A stretch of DNA of 64,000 nt. Origin: a virus. Under the pieces are notes generated by a model. That model saw only the letters and a program-made list of their open reading frames with translations. It did no database searches and was not told the DNA's origin. Where the stretch lies: positions 32,001-96,000 of IMG/VR virus record IMGVR_UViG_3300043773_002546. The stretch is one strand, 5' to 3'. A program made the position numbers and the translations under genes. Shown here piece by piece: positions 8,469 through 16,386 of this stretch (position 1 is the stretch's first letter; every line of letters begins with the position of its first letter).

Positions 8469-9242
8469 ATGGTGCGGCGGAATCGCGATGGCATTGTGCC
8501 CGGCTGTGTCTTGTACCGCGGCCAGAGCCCATTTCTAGAAGGCGCTGCGGGCAGGTACGTCGTGGTCATGACCATGTTCGCTGATAACACCAAGACCGGC
8601 GACATGCCGCAGATCTGGATTCTCTGCGAGCACGCGCATCCGCTCGAGGCTAAAGCGCTGGGCCATCACGTCGCTGTGTGCGGCGGCTGCCCGATTACGC
8701 AGCTTTGCTACGTGAACCTGGCCAAACGCCCACGCAGCGTCCACGAGCAGTACCAGGCTGGAATGTATACCGCCGACCCTCATGCCTACGACAACATCGT
8801 GCGCGTCAATGGCGTCAGATTTGGCGCCTACGGCGACCCGGTGTTAATTCCATTGCCGCTCGTGGACCACTTGGCCACCTTGGACGTGAACCACAAACGC
8901 TGGACGGGCTATACCCACCAGTGGCAGCTGGCGCAGTACCAGGACTACCGCAAGTATTTCATGGCCAGCGTGCACACCCTCGAGGAAATGCACCAAGCTT
9001 GGAGTATGGGCTGGCGGACGTTTCGGGTGGGCAAGATGAGCGAGCAAGCTACCGCGGGCGAGATTCACTGCCCGGCGCAGACAGCACAAGACTTGCAGTG
9101 CATTGACTGCTTTGCCTGCAATGGCAACGATCGCGACCAGAGCCTGCCCATGGCGCGGAGCGTATTCGCGCAACCACATGGCCTGCAAGCTGAGTCACGT
9201 TGGAACAAGTTTATGGGAGGCTACGACAATGCCCAGGATTGA
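8469..9242 (+). CDS. Gp88-like / radical-SAM-like Cys-rich phage protein
   Basis: NTKTGDMPQIWIL, CGGCPITQLCY, VRFGAYGDP, WTGYTHQW, MASVH, HCPAQ...CIDCFACNG; start trimmed to ATG 8469. Confidence 0.55.
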   Translation: MVRRNRDGIVPGCVLYRGQSPFLEGAAGRYVVVMTMFADNTKTGDMPQIWILCEHAHPLEAKALGHHVAVCGGCPITQLCYVNLAKRPRSVHEQYQAGMYTADPHAYDNIVRVNGVRFGAYGDPVLIPLPLVDHLATLDVNHKRWTGYTHQWQLAQYQDYRKYFMASVHTLEEMHQAWSMGWRTFRVGKMSEQATAGEIHCPAQTAQDLQCIDCFACNGNDRDQSLPMARSVFAQPHGLQAESRWNKFMGGYDNAQD

Positions 9243-9384
9243 CGACGAGTACGAAGACACGAGCGACGACGGCTATGACGCCGCTAAAGATCTCTGGCTC
9301 ACGGATGGAGTGCCCTACAACGACAAGACCCGCGAGATAGCGCAGGAAGAACTGCGCATGCAGCGCGAAGCGGAGGGCCGATGA
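9229..9384 (+). CDS. hypothetical protein
   Basis: SD GGGAGG; in-chain. Confidence 0.55.
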   Translation: MPRIDDEYEDTSDDGYDAAKDLWLTDGVPYNDKTREIAQEELRMQREAEGR

Positions 9385-9653
9385 TTATCAAGTGCGTGGT
9401 GGCCTGCATGCGCACCGAGGGCGCTGATTTCTATTTCTGCAAAATTCAGTGCGCTCAATACGAGTACGACAACGGCACGCATTACGACATGGCTGAAATG
9501 GCCGCAGACACAGACGGCTACGACAGCCCCATGGTGACGTTCGACGAGAACGACGGGCCTGATTGGCTGTTCGAGCATTTCGTCTGGGACTCGGCCACGG
9601 TGATTTCTAGCGAAGACGGCGAAGCCGAAGACGACAAAGACAACGACGCTTGA
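9381..9653 (+). CDS. hypothetical protein
   Basis: ATGA overlap; acidic. Confidence 0.6.
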   Translation: MIIKCVVACMRTEGADFYFCKIQCAQYEYDNGTHYDMAEMAADTDGYDSPMVTFDENDGPDWLFEHFVWDSATVISSEDGEAEDDKDNDA

Positions 9654-9677
9654 CGCGCACTTTTAGCCCAGTAGGAT
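9650..9677 (+). promoter_or_regulatory. sigma70-like promoter
   Basis: TTGACG-16 bp-TAGGAT upstream of ATG 9689. Confidence 0.5.
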
Positions 9678-9688
9678 AACGCCCCGCT

Positions 9689-9964
9689 ATGAGCAAGGAC
9701 GCAGCTTTCCGCGAACGAATCTCGGATCTCATTGATATCAATCCGGACGCCCTATTGGCGGACGGCCTCGAGGATGCCTACATCGGGCACACGGTCAATC
9801 ACCACTACAATCACGTGGCGGTGTACGACTACGAGAAGTGCATCAATATTCTGGTCGAGCGCGACGGCATGGACTACGACGGCGCCGACGAGTTTTTGCA
9901 GTTCAACACCTTGGGCGCCTACGTCGGCCCCGACGGTCCGTTGTTTATTTGGAGCGCGTCATGA
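9689..9964 (+). CDS. conserved phage hypothetical protein
   Basis: ADGLEDAYIG...AVYDYEKC...A.EFLQFNTLGAYVG..P. Confidence 0.75.
   Translation: MSKDAAFRERISDLIDINPDALLADGLEDAYIGHTVNHHYNHVAVYDYEKCINILVERDGMDYDGADEFLQFNTLGAYVGPDGPLFIWSAS
9728..9745. repeat. dispersed palindrome copy 4
   Basis: CTCATTGATATCAATCCG. Confidence 0.85.
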
Positions 9965-10503
9965 CGACGATTCGCAATAACCCGCACTATGCCAAGCGCA
10001 ACGACCCGTGCCCCTGCGGAAGCGGCCAAAAGTACAAGAAGTGCTGCAGCGAGCAGCTGCCTGCGCCTAAGCCGCAGCGCCAGGTCTACATCGATTCCGG
10101 CGAAGACGCGATTCGCTGGGTTATCACCGACGCAACGGGCCGGGCGTTTTTCTCTGACAAAGACAACCGCGTGCTGGTTTTCACGGACCGAGCGGTAGCT
10201 GTAGCGCTGGCGTCGCTGGCAGATTTTGAATCGCAGCTGCCCAACGAGATTAACATCGCTGGCGTCGGCCCCAGCAAGTTCGAGCATTTGAAAGAGATCA
10301 TGCCTTATGTGGAGATCTCTGATATCGACACCGCCGCCGCGCTGGTTCGCGAACGGATCGCGGTGAAGACAGCGGAACTCCAAACCAACGAAGGAACTAC
10401 TGATGGCAACCAAGACCAAGAAGCCGGTGCGCAAAGCCAAGAAGGCGACGGCAACACCGGTCAAGAAGAAGCCGCTGACCAAGGCCCAGAAGCTCAAACG
10501 TGA
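9961..10503 (+). CDS. SEC-C motif-containing protein
   Basis: KRNDPCPCGSGQKYKKCC. Confidence 0.8.
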   Translation: MTTIRNNPHYAKRNDPCPCGSGQKYKKCCSEQLPAPKPQRQVYIDSGEDAIRWVITDATGRAFFSDKDNRVLVFTDRAVAVALASLADFESQLPNEINIAGVGPSKFEHLKEIMPYVEISDIDTAAALVRERIAVKTAELQTNEGTTDGNQDQEAGAQSQEGDGNTGQEEAADQGPEAQT

Positions 10504-11080
10504 GATCGCCAAGCGGAACAAGCTGTTCGCCGCAGCCGACCATGCCGAGAAGCGCGTCCTGATCGCCAAGGACGTCATCGCCCAGATTAAGCTGGGCCGC
10601 TTCAAAGCAGCGACGCAGACCTGGGTGACGCCCAACGTGCTCCGCAAGCCGGGCGCTGATCACAGCGGCGGCGTCGATCTTACCCGAGAGTTTGGCTACG
10701 ACGCGCCTGTACGCGAGCTGTTTCTGGACAAGAAGATCGCGTCCTGCGACTGCTGCGCGTTGGGCGCCATGTTTATGAGCTGCACGCTCTACAACAATAA
10801 CCAGACCGCGGAAGACTTTGAGGAGGAAGTTAATTGGGATTTTGACGGGCGCGTTGAAGGCTATCACGGCGGGTTTGCCAACGGGCTTGACAAGTTCTTT
10901 TCGCATTCGCAGCTCGCGTTGATCGAAGCTGCATATGAGGGCGGCGACGGCGCATTTAGCGCGCCAAAGTCTAAACAGACAGCCGTCTATGACTGGATAG
11001 GCAGCCTGCCAAACGCCGAGAAACGACTGGTGGCGATTATGGAAAACATCATTGAAAACAACGGGAAGTTTGTGCCATGA
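10403..11080 (+). CDS. hypothetical protein with Lys-rich N-terminus
   Basis: MATKTKKPVRKAKKATATPVKKK; CDCCALG; SD AAGGA. Confidence 0.7.
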   Translation: MATKTKKPVRKAKKATATPVKKKPLTKAQKLKREIAKRNKLFAAADHAEKRVLIAKDVIAQIKLGRFKAATQTWVTPNVLRKPGADHSGGVDLTREFGYDAPVRELFLDKKIASCDCCALGAMFMSCTLYNNNQTAEDFEEEVNWDFDGRVEGYHGGFANGLDKFFSHSQLALIEAAYEGGDGAFSAPKSKQTAVYDWIGSLPNAEKRLVAIMENIIENNGKFVP

Positions 11081-11340
11081 GCAACAGTAACAACGGTATT
11101 TCGCCGTTTGGGTGGCTGATCATTTTTGCCGTAGCGTGTGCTGTGCTTGGGCAGTTTTTTGGCAGCAACAACGGCGGGACATCAAGCGCGCCTACGGCTA
11201 CCAGCAGCTCCAGTTCTGCCGAGCGCCGTTACGTTGAACAGCGGTTCAAGCAAGAAGGCTATAGCTCAAGCGACGCGGCTACGGCTGCTGAGGCCGTATT
11301 GAAATTTCAGCGCGCTCAAGATGCGCGCCGCAATCGGTAA
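11077..11340 (+). CDS. small membrane protein
   Basis: N-terminal hydrophobic helix FGWLIIFAVACAVLGQFFG. Confidence 0.65.
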   Translation: MSNSNNGISPFGWLIIFAVACAVLGQFFGSNNGGTSSAPTATSSSSSAERRYVEQRFKQEGYSSSDAATAAEAVLKFQRAQDARRNR

Positions 11341-11353
11341 AGGCGCGAACGCA

Positions 11354-11602
11354 ATGGGGTGCATCACATCGCGCGGCTACGATTGGCCGCCAAAACCCTA
11401 CAAGCGAATCGTCGTGCGCGACATGCTTGTAGACCAAATCGAAAACGGCGAAGTGAAAAAAGTTCGCGTGTCAGTGGAAGATTACGTCTGGGTGCGCCCG
11501 GGTTGTGAAATTCCCAACGGCGGCGGAGGATCGGGCGCGTCATATGACGACGACGCCAGCCCCGGCCAAGAGACCGCAATACGAAACATGGAGGACAGCT
11601 GA
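11354..11602 (+). CDS. hypothetical protein
   Basis: In-chain ORF. Confidence 0.5.
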   Translation: MGCITSRGYDWPPKPYKRIVVRDMLVDQIENGEVKKVRVSVEDYVWVRPGCEIPNGGGGSGASYDDDASPGQETAIRNMEDS

Positions 11603-12006
11603 TGGACTGGATTAACGTCAAGACGCAGCTTCCGGAAGAGGGCCAAGAGCTCTACTATTTCAGCCCAATCTTGGGCATATGGCGCGGCAAGTACACCTAT
11701 AAGCCGTTCACGCATGCCGTGTGGTACGACGAGAACAATCAGCCGCACGAAGAGGAGACGTCGGAGGCTTTGCGCAACGCCGTCAGCCCGCACGTGTTTT
11801 ACTGCGGCGCTGGCAACTGCGACACCGACGAGGTGACGCACTGGCGGCCGTATGACGAGGCGCGCGCAGCTGAAGGTTTGATTCCGCTGCCGCCGATGTA
11901 CAACCCGCCAGAGATGGGCGTGTTGCGCGAGTTTCATGACGACGGCGAAGCAGAGTTTATCCGGCAGAACCAGGTGGTCATCCGAGAAATGCAGGTCAAG
12001 TCATGA
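11602..12006 (+). CDS. DUF551-like protein, paralog 1
   Basis: MDWINVKTQLP...VTHWRP; near-duplicate of 12306. Confidence 0.65.
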   Translation: MDWINVKTQLPEEGQELYYFSPILGIWRGKYTYKPFTHAVWYDENNQPHEEETSEALRNAVSPHVFYCGAGNCDTDEVTHWRPYDEARAAEGLIPLPPMYNPPEMGVLREFHDDGEAEFIRQNQVVIREMQVKS

Positions 12007-12272
12007 CCGGCGTAACGATTACCGCTGAGCTATATGCCATCGCCGCTAGGCAGCGGGAAGGCGCACCGGACGGCGCAACTTTGGCGCTTGCCGACGACTG
12101 CGAACGGCTGGCCGAAGAGGTCGCCAAACTGGCACTGTGGGCGATTGATTTGGAAGAAACGTTGCGCATGATTGCTACGCCCAGGCGCCCCGACGGCACT
12201 TATAACCTGTGCCGCGAGGCTTGCGAGCAGCTAGCCCGAGAAACGCTAACAAAAAGACGGAACGATGAGTGA
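12003..12272 (+). CDS. hypothetical protein
   Basis: TPRRPDGTYNLCREACEQLARETL, in-chain. Confidence 0.65.
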   Translation: MTGVTITAELYAIAARQREGAPDGATLALADDCERLAEEVAKLALWAIDLEETLRMIATPRRPDGTYNLCREACEQLARETLTKRRNDE

Positions 12273-12305
12273 CATCGTTGAGCAGCTTAACGCGAAGGAA
12301 CCAGC

Positions 12306-13019
12306 ATGGACTGGATCAATGTCAAGACGCAGCTTCCGGTGGACGGCCAGGAGCTGTATTACTTCAGCCCGATTCTGGGTCTGTGGAAGGGCAAGTACAA
12401 GTACAGCCCGACGACGCACTCGGTGGATGCCGAGGGCAATCAGCACCCGATATCGGAGAAGCTCGCTGCGCTGATCAGTCCGCACGTATTCATCGGCGGA
12501 GGCGGGTGCTGCGACACGGACGAAGTAACGCACTGGCAGCCGTACGACGAGCAGCGCGCAGCGCAGGGGTGGGTGCCGCTGCCCCCGATGTACGCGCCGC
12601 CGGAGATGGAAGATCTGCGTGACTTTCACGACGACGGCGAGGCGGAGTTCGTACGGCAGAATCAGGTGACGCTCAAAGAGATGCAAGCGGCTACGCGCGC
12701 GGCGCAGGCAGATGACTACGTGATGTCGGAAGCTGAAGCGGCGGCGCTTTCGCCTGACGCGCCAAAGAATCGGCCGACGGTAGAACCTAAGAAACTGTGC
12801 GTTGCGCCGTCGCCGGATACATCTTGGTTAGATGCGCAGCAACTTATGGTTGATCCGCCGTCTGGTTGGCTTTACGGGTTTCCCAAAGTGTGGGACAAGC
12901 TCCAGCATCCCGATATGACGCAATGGCTCATCGACAACGGTTATCCGGAAGCAGAAGCCAAGAGCGGTCTGCCCGTGCGTTTTATGCCGGTATTGGAGAA
13001 CGAAAGTGGTCGCGTTTAA
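12306..13019 (+). CDS. DUF551-like protein, paralog 2, with C-terminal extension
   Basis: MDWINVKTQLP...VTHWQP plus C-terminal VDPPSGWLYGFPK domain. Confidence 0.65.
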   Translation: MDWINVKTQLPVDGQELYYFSPILGLWKGKYKYSPTTHSVDAEGNQHPISEKLAALISPHVFIGGGGCCDTDEVTHWQPYDEQRAAQGWVPLPPMYAPPEMEDLRDFHDDGEAEFVRQNQVTLKEMQAATRAAQADDYVMSEAEAAALSPDAPKNRPTVEPKKLCVAPSPDTSWLDAQQLMVDPPSGWLYGFPKVWDKLQHPDMTQWLIDNGYPEAEAKSGLPVRFMPVLENESGRV

Positions 13020-13266
13020 CCACGACCAAAAACCCGAAGAACCCGTTTTGGAGTGGTGCCGCGAACTGGTGCGCGCCATGAAAGACGGCGGTGTATGGGG
13101 CATCCCGCGGTCTGGGACTGTGTTCCAGATGGATCAGAAGAACAAGCGGCTTATCTGCCGCAGTCTGGGCCCCGATAACGACGACGGCGATTTCCTGGCG
13201 ACGCAGCGCGTGTTTGCGCACATTGGCTGGGACGTCGTCATGGCAGACGAAGTGGAGGAAACATGA
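13006..13266 (+). CDS. hypothetical protein
   Basis: In-chain ORF. Confidence 0.6.
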   Translation: MVAFNHDQKPEEPVLEWCRELVRAMKDGGVWGIPRSGTVFQMDQKNKRLICRSLGPDNDDGDFLATQRVFAHIGWDVVMADEVEET

Positions 13267-13733
13267 CTGACGACAAAAAAGATGAAGAGATTGCGCGGCT
13301 CAAAGAAGCCATCCGCCGCCTTGCAGACCAGGATGCCACGTTGTCGGTGGTTGGCGGGAACGTCATTGTTGAGATGGACGCGCTCACCGACGAGGAGCGG
13401 GAGGCGATCTCCAGGGTGTACGATTTGCTGTGCGACCGCTCCCGCGAACTGCAAAGCGCCACGCGGCTTGACGAGGCTCGCCCGCTGATTCAGTGGGCGA
13501 AGACACTGCAAGGTCTGTGGGAGCGGGTTTCCGGTACTACGGCGATTTCCGGTGCCGGAAAATCGGCCCCAGCAGCGAACACACCGCTCACGCTCACCGA
13601 CGAGGAGCGGGAGGCGGTGGAGACTTGCATTGCCGATGACGAGGCGATGACGCATCACTCGCGGGCCGCCACGCTGCGCGGCCTGCTGGAGCGTTTTCCC
13701 CCACTCATATCCGAAAAACACCGAAAACCGTAG
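13263..13733 (+). CDS. hypothetical protein with two LTDEEREA modules
   Basis: Exact 26-nt repeat at 13381-13406 and 13591-13616; SD GGAGG. Confidence 0.65.
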   Translation: MTDDKKDEEIARLKEAIRRLADQDATLSVVGGNVIVEMDALTDEEREAISRVYDLLCDRSRELQSATRLDEARPLIQWAKTLQGLWERVSGTTAISGAGKSAPAANTPLTLTDEEREAVETCIADDEAMTHHSRAATLRGLLERFPPLISEKHRKP

Positions 13734-13758
13734 AGATTTCAATACGATTGGGGCGTAA

Positions 13759-14121
13759 ATGAGTGACAACGATAAGCGTCTTAAGGCGCTGGAAGCGCTG
13801 AGCGCGCTGGATCAGAAACTCGGTTTTGACGGGCTGCACTGGCCCAAGGACGTGGAAATCGACGGCCTGAAGCTTGTCTGCACTTGCGGCGCATGCCCGG
13901 AGCAATACTCCGTGTTCGGCGCGGACGGCAAACCGGTTGGATATCTTCGTTTGCGGCACGGGCATTTTCGCGCCGACGTGCCGCACTGTGGCGGCGCGAC
14001 GATCTATACAGCTCAACCCAAGGGCGACGGCATCTTTGCCAACGACGAGCGGCAGTATTACCTGACCAAGGCCGTTGCAGCGATTAAGAAATGGATGGCC
14101 AAACATGACACTGCCGTATGA
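13759..14121 (+). CDS. conserved phage hypothetical protein
   Basis: LVCTCGACPEQY...VGYLRLRHG.F. Confidence 0.7.
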   Translation: MSDNDKRLKALEALSALDQKLGFDGLHWPKDVEIDGLKLVCTCGACPEQYSVFGADGKPVGYLRLRHGHFRADVPHCGGATIYTAQPKGDGIFANDERQYYLTKAVAAIKKWMAKHDTAV

Positions 14122-14326
14122 GCGATACCGGGCGGTGAATAACGCCCGGGAGTTTATGTACGCCTTGCTGGACCCGAAGCAGACGCCCAAGGTTCCCAAG
14201 GCCGTGCGCCAGTGGGCGCATCGTGCGCTGCGCCATTACCCGCTTCCGTATGAAATGAAGATGGCGGCTGAAAAGGCGCCCGACCTATTTGAGGCACCAA
14301 ACGATGCAGTGGGTGGAGAGATATAA
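14105..14326 (+). CDS. BPSL0761-like phage protein
   Basis: MTLPYERYRAV...LLDPKQTPKVPKAVRQWAHRALRHYP. Confidence 0.7.
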   Translation: MTLPYERYRAVNNAREFMYALLDPKQTPKVPKAVRQWAHRALRHYPLPYEMKMAAEKAPDLFEAPNDAVGGEI

Positions 14327-15296
14327 ACGAAACCGCTGGACCATCTCTCGCGTCAGCGGGCGGTGGGCGCATCGGTTTGCGATTTTCTACGTGATCATGG
14401 TGGCGGCGACAAAGAAGCGCGCTTGTTTTGCCACGGATCACGCTACGGTTGTGCGAAAGATTTATCAGGTGCGGTACTTGTGGTTTAAACGGGCCAAGGA
14501 GCTCATGGCTACCGGCCTGTGGCAGCCAGGCCACGGCATCACGCGGTCGTCGGCGGACTACACCGCTCGGCGCTGCCTGTTTTGCCGCCCGAGCTGCGTG
14601 TTTTACGCCCACGGCAACTCGAACAAGCTCCGGCCGTGTAAACAGTCCCGCATCTGCCCGTTCTGTTACGCCCGCACCGTGGCCTACATCTACTGGAACG
14701 TGCGGCAGTACCTGAACACTCGGCGCAAGCAGGCCGACAACGAGATCGTGACCTGCGTGGTCCAGAAAGAGTACCTGGCCGCAAAGGGCTTTACGCCCGA
14801 GACTGGCATGGTCGCTGGCATGCACAGCCCCAACGTCCGGCGGTTGCGGGCGGTTATTGAGAAACACGTGCAACGTTATGAGCGACAGGCCAAGACTATT
14901 CAGCGCCGCACCGATGGAGCCATGTGGTCGGTGATCGTCGAGCCCAAACGTCGCGGCTGGCGCATCGAGACTCGGCAGTACTTCGTGGCCCGCGCTGGCA
15001 CCAAGTTGCCGGTTGTGCGGCTCGTAGACGCCAAGACGGTCTACACCAAATCCGCAAAAATCCAAACTTTTGTGCGGTCCGGCAAGATCTTGGGTCGTTT
15101 CGTCCGCTATCCGGCGGGCATGTTGACGGCCTACGCGGATCTGGCCGGAATTGCCATGCAGGCTACCTACGGGCTGCGCTTGCGCCGCGGCACGGGTCGA
15201 TTTCGCACCTGCGGTAGCGGGCTGGCCGCGGCCTTCAAGCAAGCGAGCAAGAAAAATGAGCGAACGAAAACCCAAGAAAACGCCCAAGCGTCTTAA
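14304..15296 (+). CDS. rolling-circle Rep/IS91-like Zn-finger protein lacking the HUH motif
   Basis: CLFC...PCKQSRICPFCYAR Zn finger, then IVTCVV, GAMWSVIVE...WRIETRQYF, YGLRLRRGTGRFR in Rep-like order. Confidence 0.45.
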   Translation: MQWVERYKRNRWTISRVSGRWAHRFAIFYVIMVAATKKRACFATDHATVVRKIYQVRYLWFKRAKELMATGLWQPGHGITRSSADYTARRCLFCRPSCVFYAHGNSNKLRPCKQSRICPFCYARTVAYIYWNVRQYLNTRRKQADNEIVTCVVQKEYLAAKGFTPETGMVAGMHSPNVRRLRAVIEKHVQRYERQAKTIQRRTDGAMWSVIVEPKRRGWRIETRQYFVARAGTKLPVVRLVDAKTVYTKSAKIQTFVRSGKILGRFVRYPAGMLTAYADLAGIAMQATYGLRLRRGTGRFRTCGSGLAAAFKQASKKNERTKTQENAQAS

Positions 15297-16386
15297 GACG
15301 TCTTGCGCGATCAGGCAGCGGCTGCAGTTTGTTTTGCAGACGGTGTACAACGGCAAAATTACGTACTTCGCCAAGGCCGCTGGGATGGGCACCCAGCTGA
15401 CACACTTTTCCGAGGTTGTGCGCGGCGCCAAAACGCCCACGCCTAGGTTTATCGCCACGGTTGTCAATCAAGCGGGCATTAACGCCGAGTTTCTGCTCTG
15501 CGGCACCGGGCCGGTCATGGGCACCTCGCGGCTCGAGTACGCAGCCGAGAACCCGGCGCCAAACCTGGAACAGCTCTGGCCCCGCTTTGACACGACCACG
15601 ATGCAGTTCACGGCGAATGACGCCCGGTCGTGCCCGGAAACACAGCCAGGCGAACCGACCGAGCTTGCGTTGGCGCGCAAGATCCACGCGACTCGCGGAG
15701 CAGGCAAGCCAGTGATCGTGTATCTGACCGAGGCGTATGCGATGGCGGGCGCCTGTTCGCCGCTCGCGGAGATGCTGCGTAAACGGTACGTTACCGCCGT
15801 GGCTATGACGGGCGGCGCCGCCTACCGCGACGTTGAACTGGCCCGCTTTGCCGGTTGCGCGCTTAATCCGGCGTTCCCGCACGCGCTCATTGATATCAAT
15901 GAGGCGACTATCCTGGCCGCCAGCAGCGGCATCGGCTACGGCGAAGCCCTGGGACGTTGGTGCTACCCGCGACCCGAGACCCGCTGTACGAGCGTGATTG
16001 CCACTGCTTACGAGATTGGCTGCCCGGTGACCGTGCACACCACAATCGGCGAGAGCCCTAACCACTGGTTTCCCGTTTCACGCGCAGCGCAACTGGGCGC
16101 GGCAATCGGCGCGGCGACCTACACGGACATGCTTGTGCTGACTGAATATTTTAAGCGCTGTAGCGGGTCGCCTGGCGGCGTGTTTATTTCCAGCGACATT
16201 GCTGGGCTGGAGCTGTACCGGTACGCCGTGGCGGCTACGCAGCAAGACGCGCTTGCGCCGCGCGTCGAGGACGTGCAAACCCACTTATTGATTGGCGGGG
16301 AGTTCCGGCTCACCTTTCCCGCGTTATTGACTTCCTGTGACGCCGTATACGACGGAAGTGCAGACGATGGCAGACGCCACAAATGA
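15256..16386 (+). CDS. XRE-like HTH fused to deoxyhypusine-synthase-like (GSU2086-type) domain
   Basis: N-term FAKAAG...FSEVVRG..TP...INAEFLLCGTGP; C-term GKPVIV, VTAVAMTGG, INEA...GIGYGEALG, SVIATAYEIGCPVTVHTTIG. Confidence 0.6.
   Translation: MSERKPKKTPKRLKTSCAIRQRLQFVLQTVYNGKITYFAKAAGMGTQLTHFSEVVRGAKTPTPRFIATVVNQAGINAEFLLCGTGPVMGTSRLEYAAENPAPNLEQLWPRFDTTTMQFTANDARSCPETQPGEPTELALARKIHATRGAGKPVIVYLTEAYAMAGACSPLAEMLRKRYVTAVAMTGGAAYRDVELARFAGCALNPAFPHALIDINEATILAASSGIGYGEALGRWCYPRPETRCTSVIATAYEIGCPVTVHTTIGESPNHWFPVSRAAQLGAAIGAATYTDMLVLTEYFKRCSGSPGGVFISSDIAGLELYRYAVAATQQDALAPRVEDVQTHLLIGGEFRLTFPALLTSCDAVYDGSADDGRRHK
15886..15903. repeat. dispersed palindrome copy 5 (perfect)
   Basis: CTCATTGATATCAATGAG. 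Confidence 0.9.
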
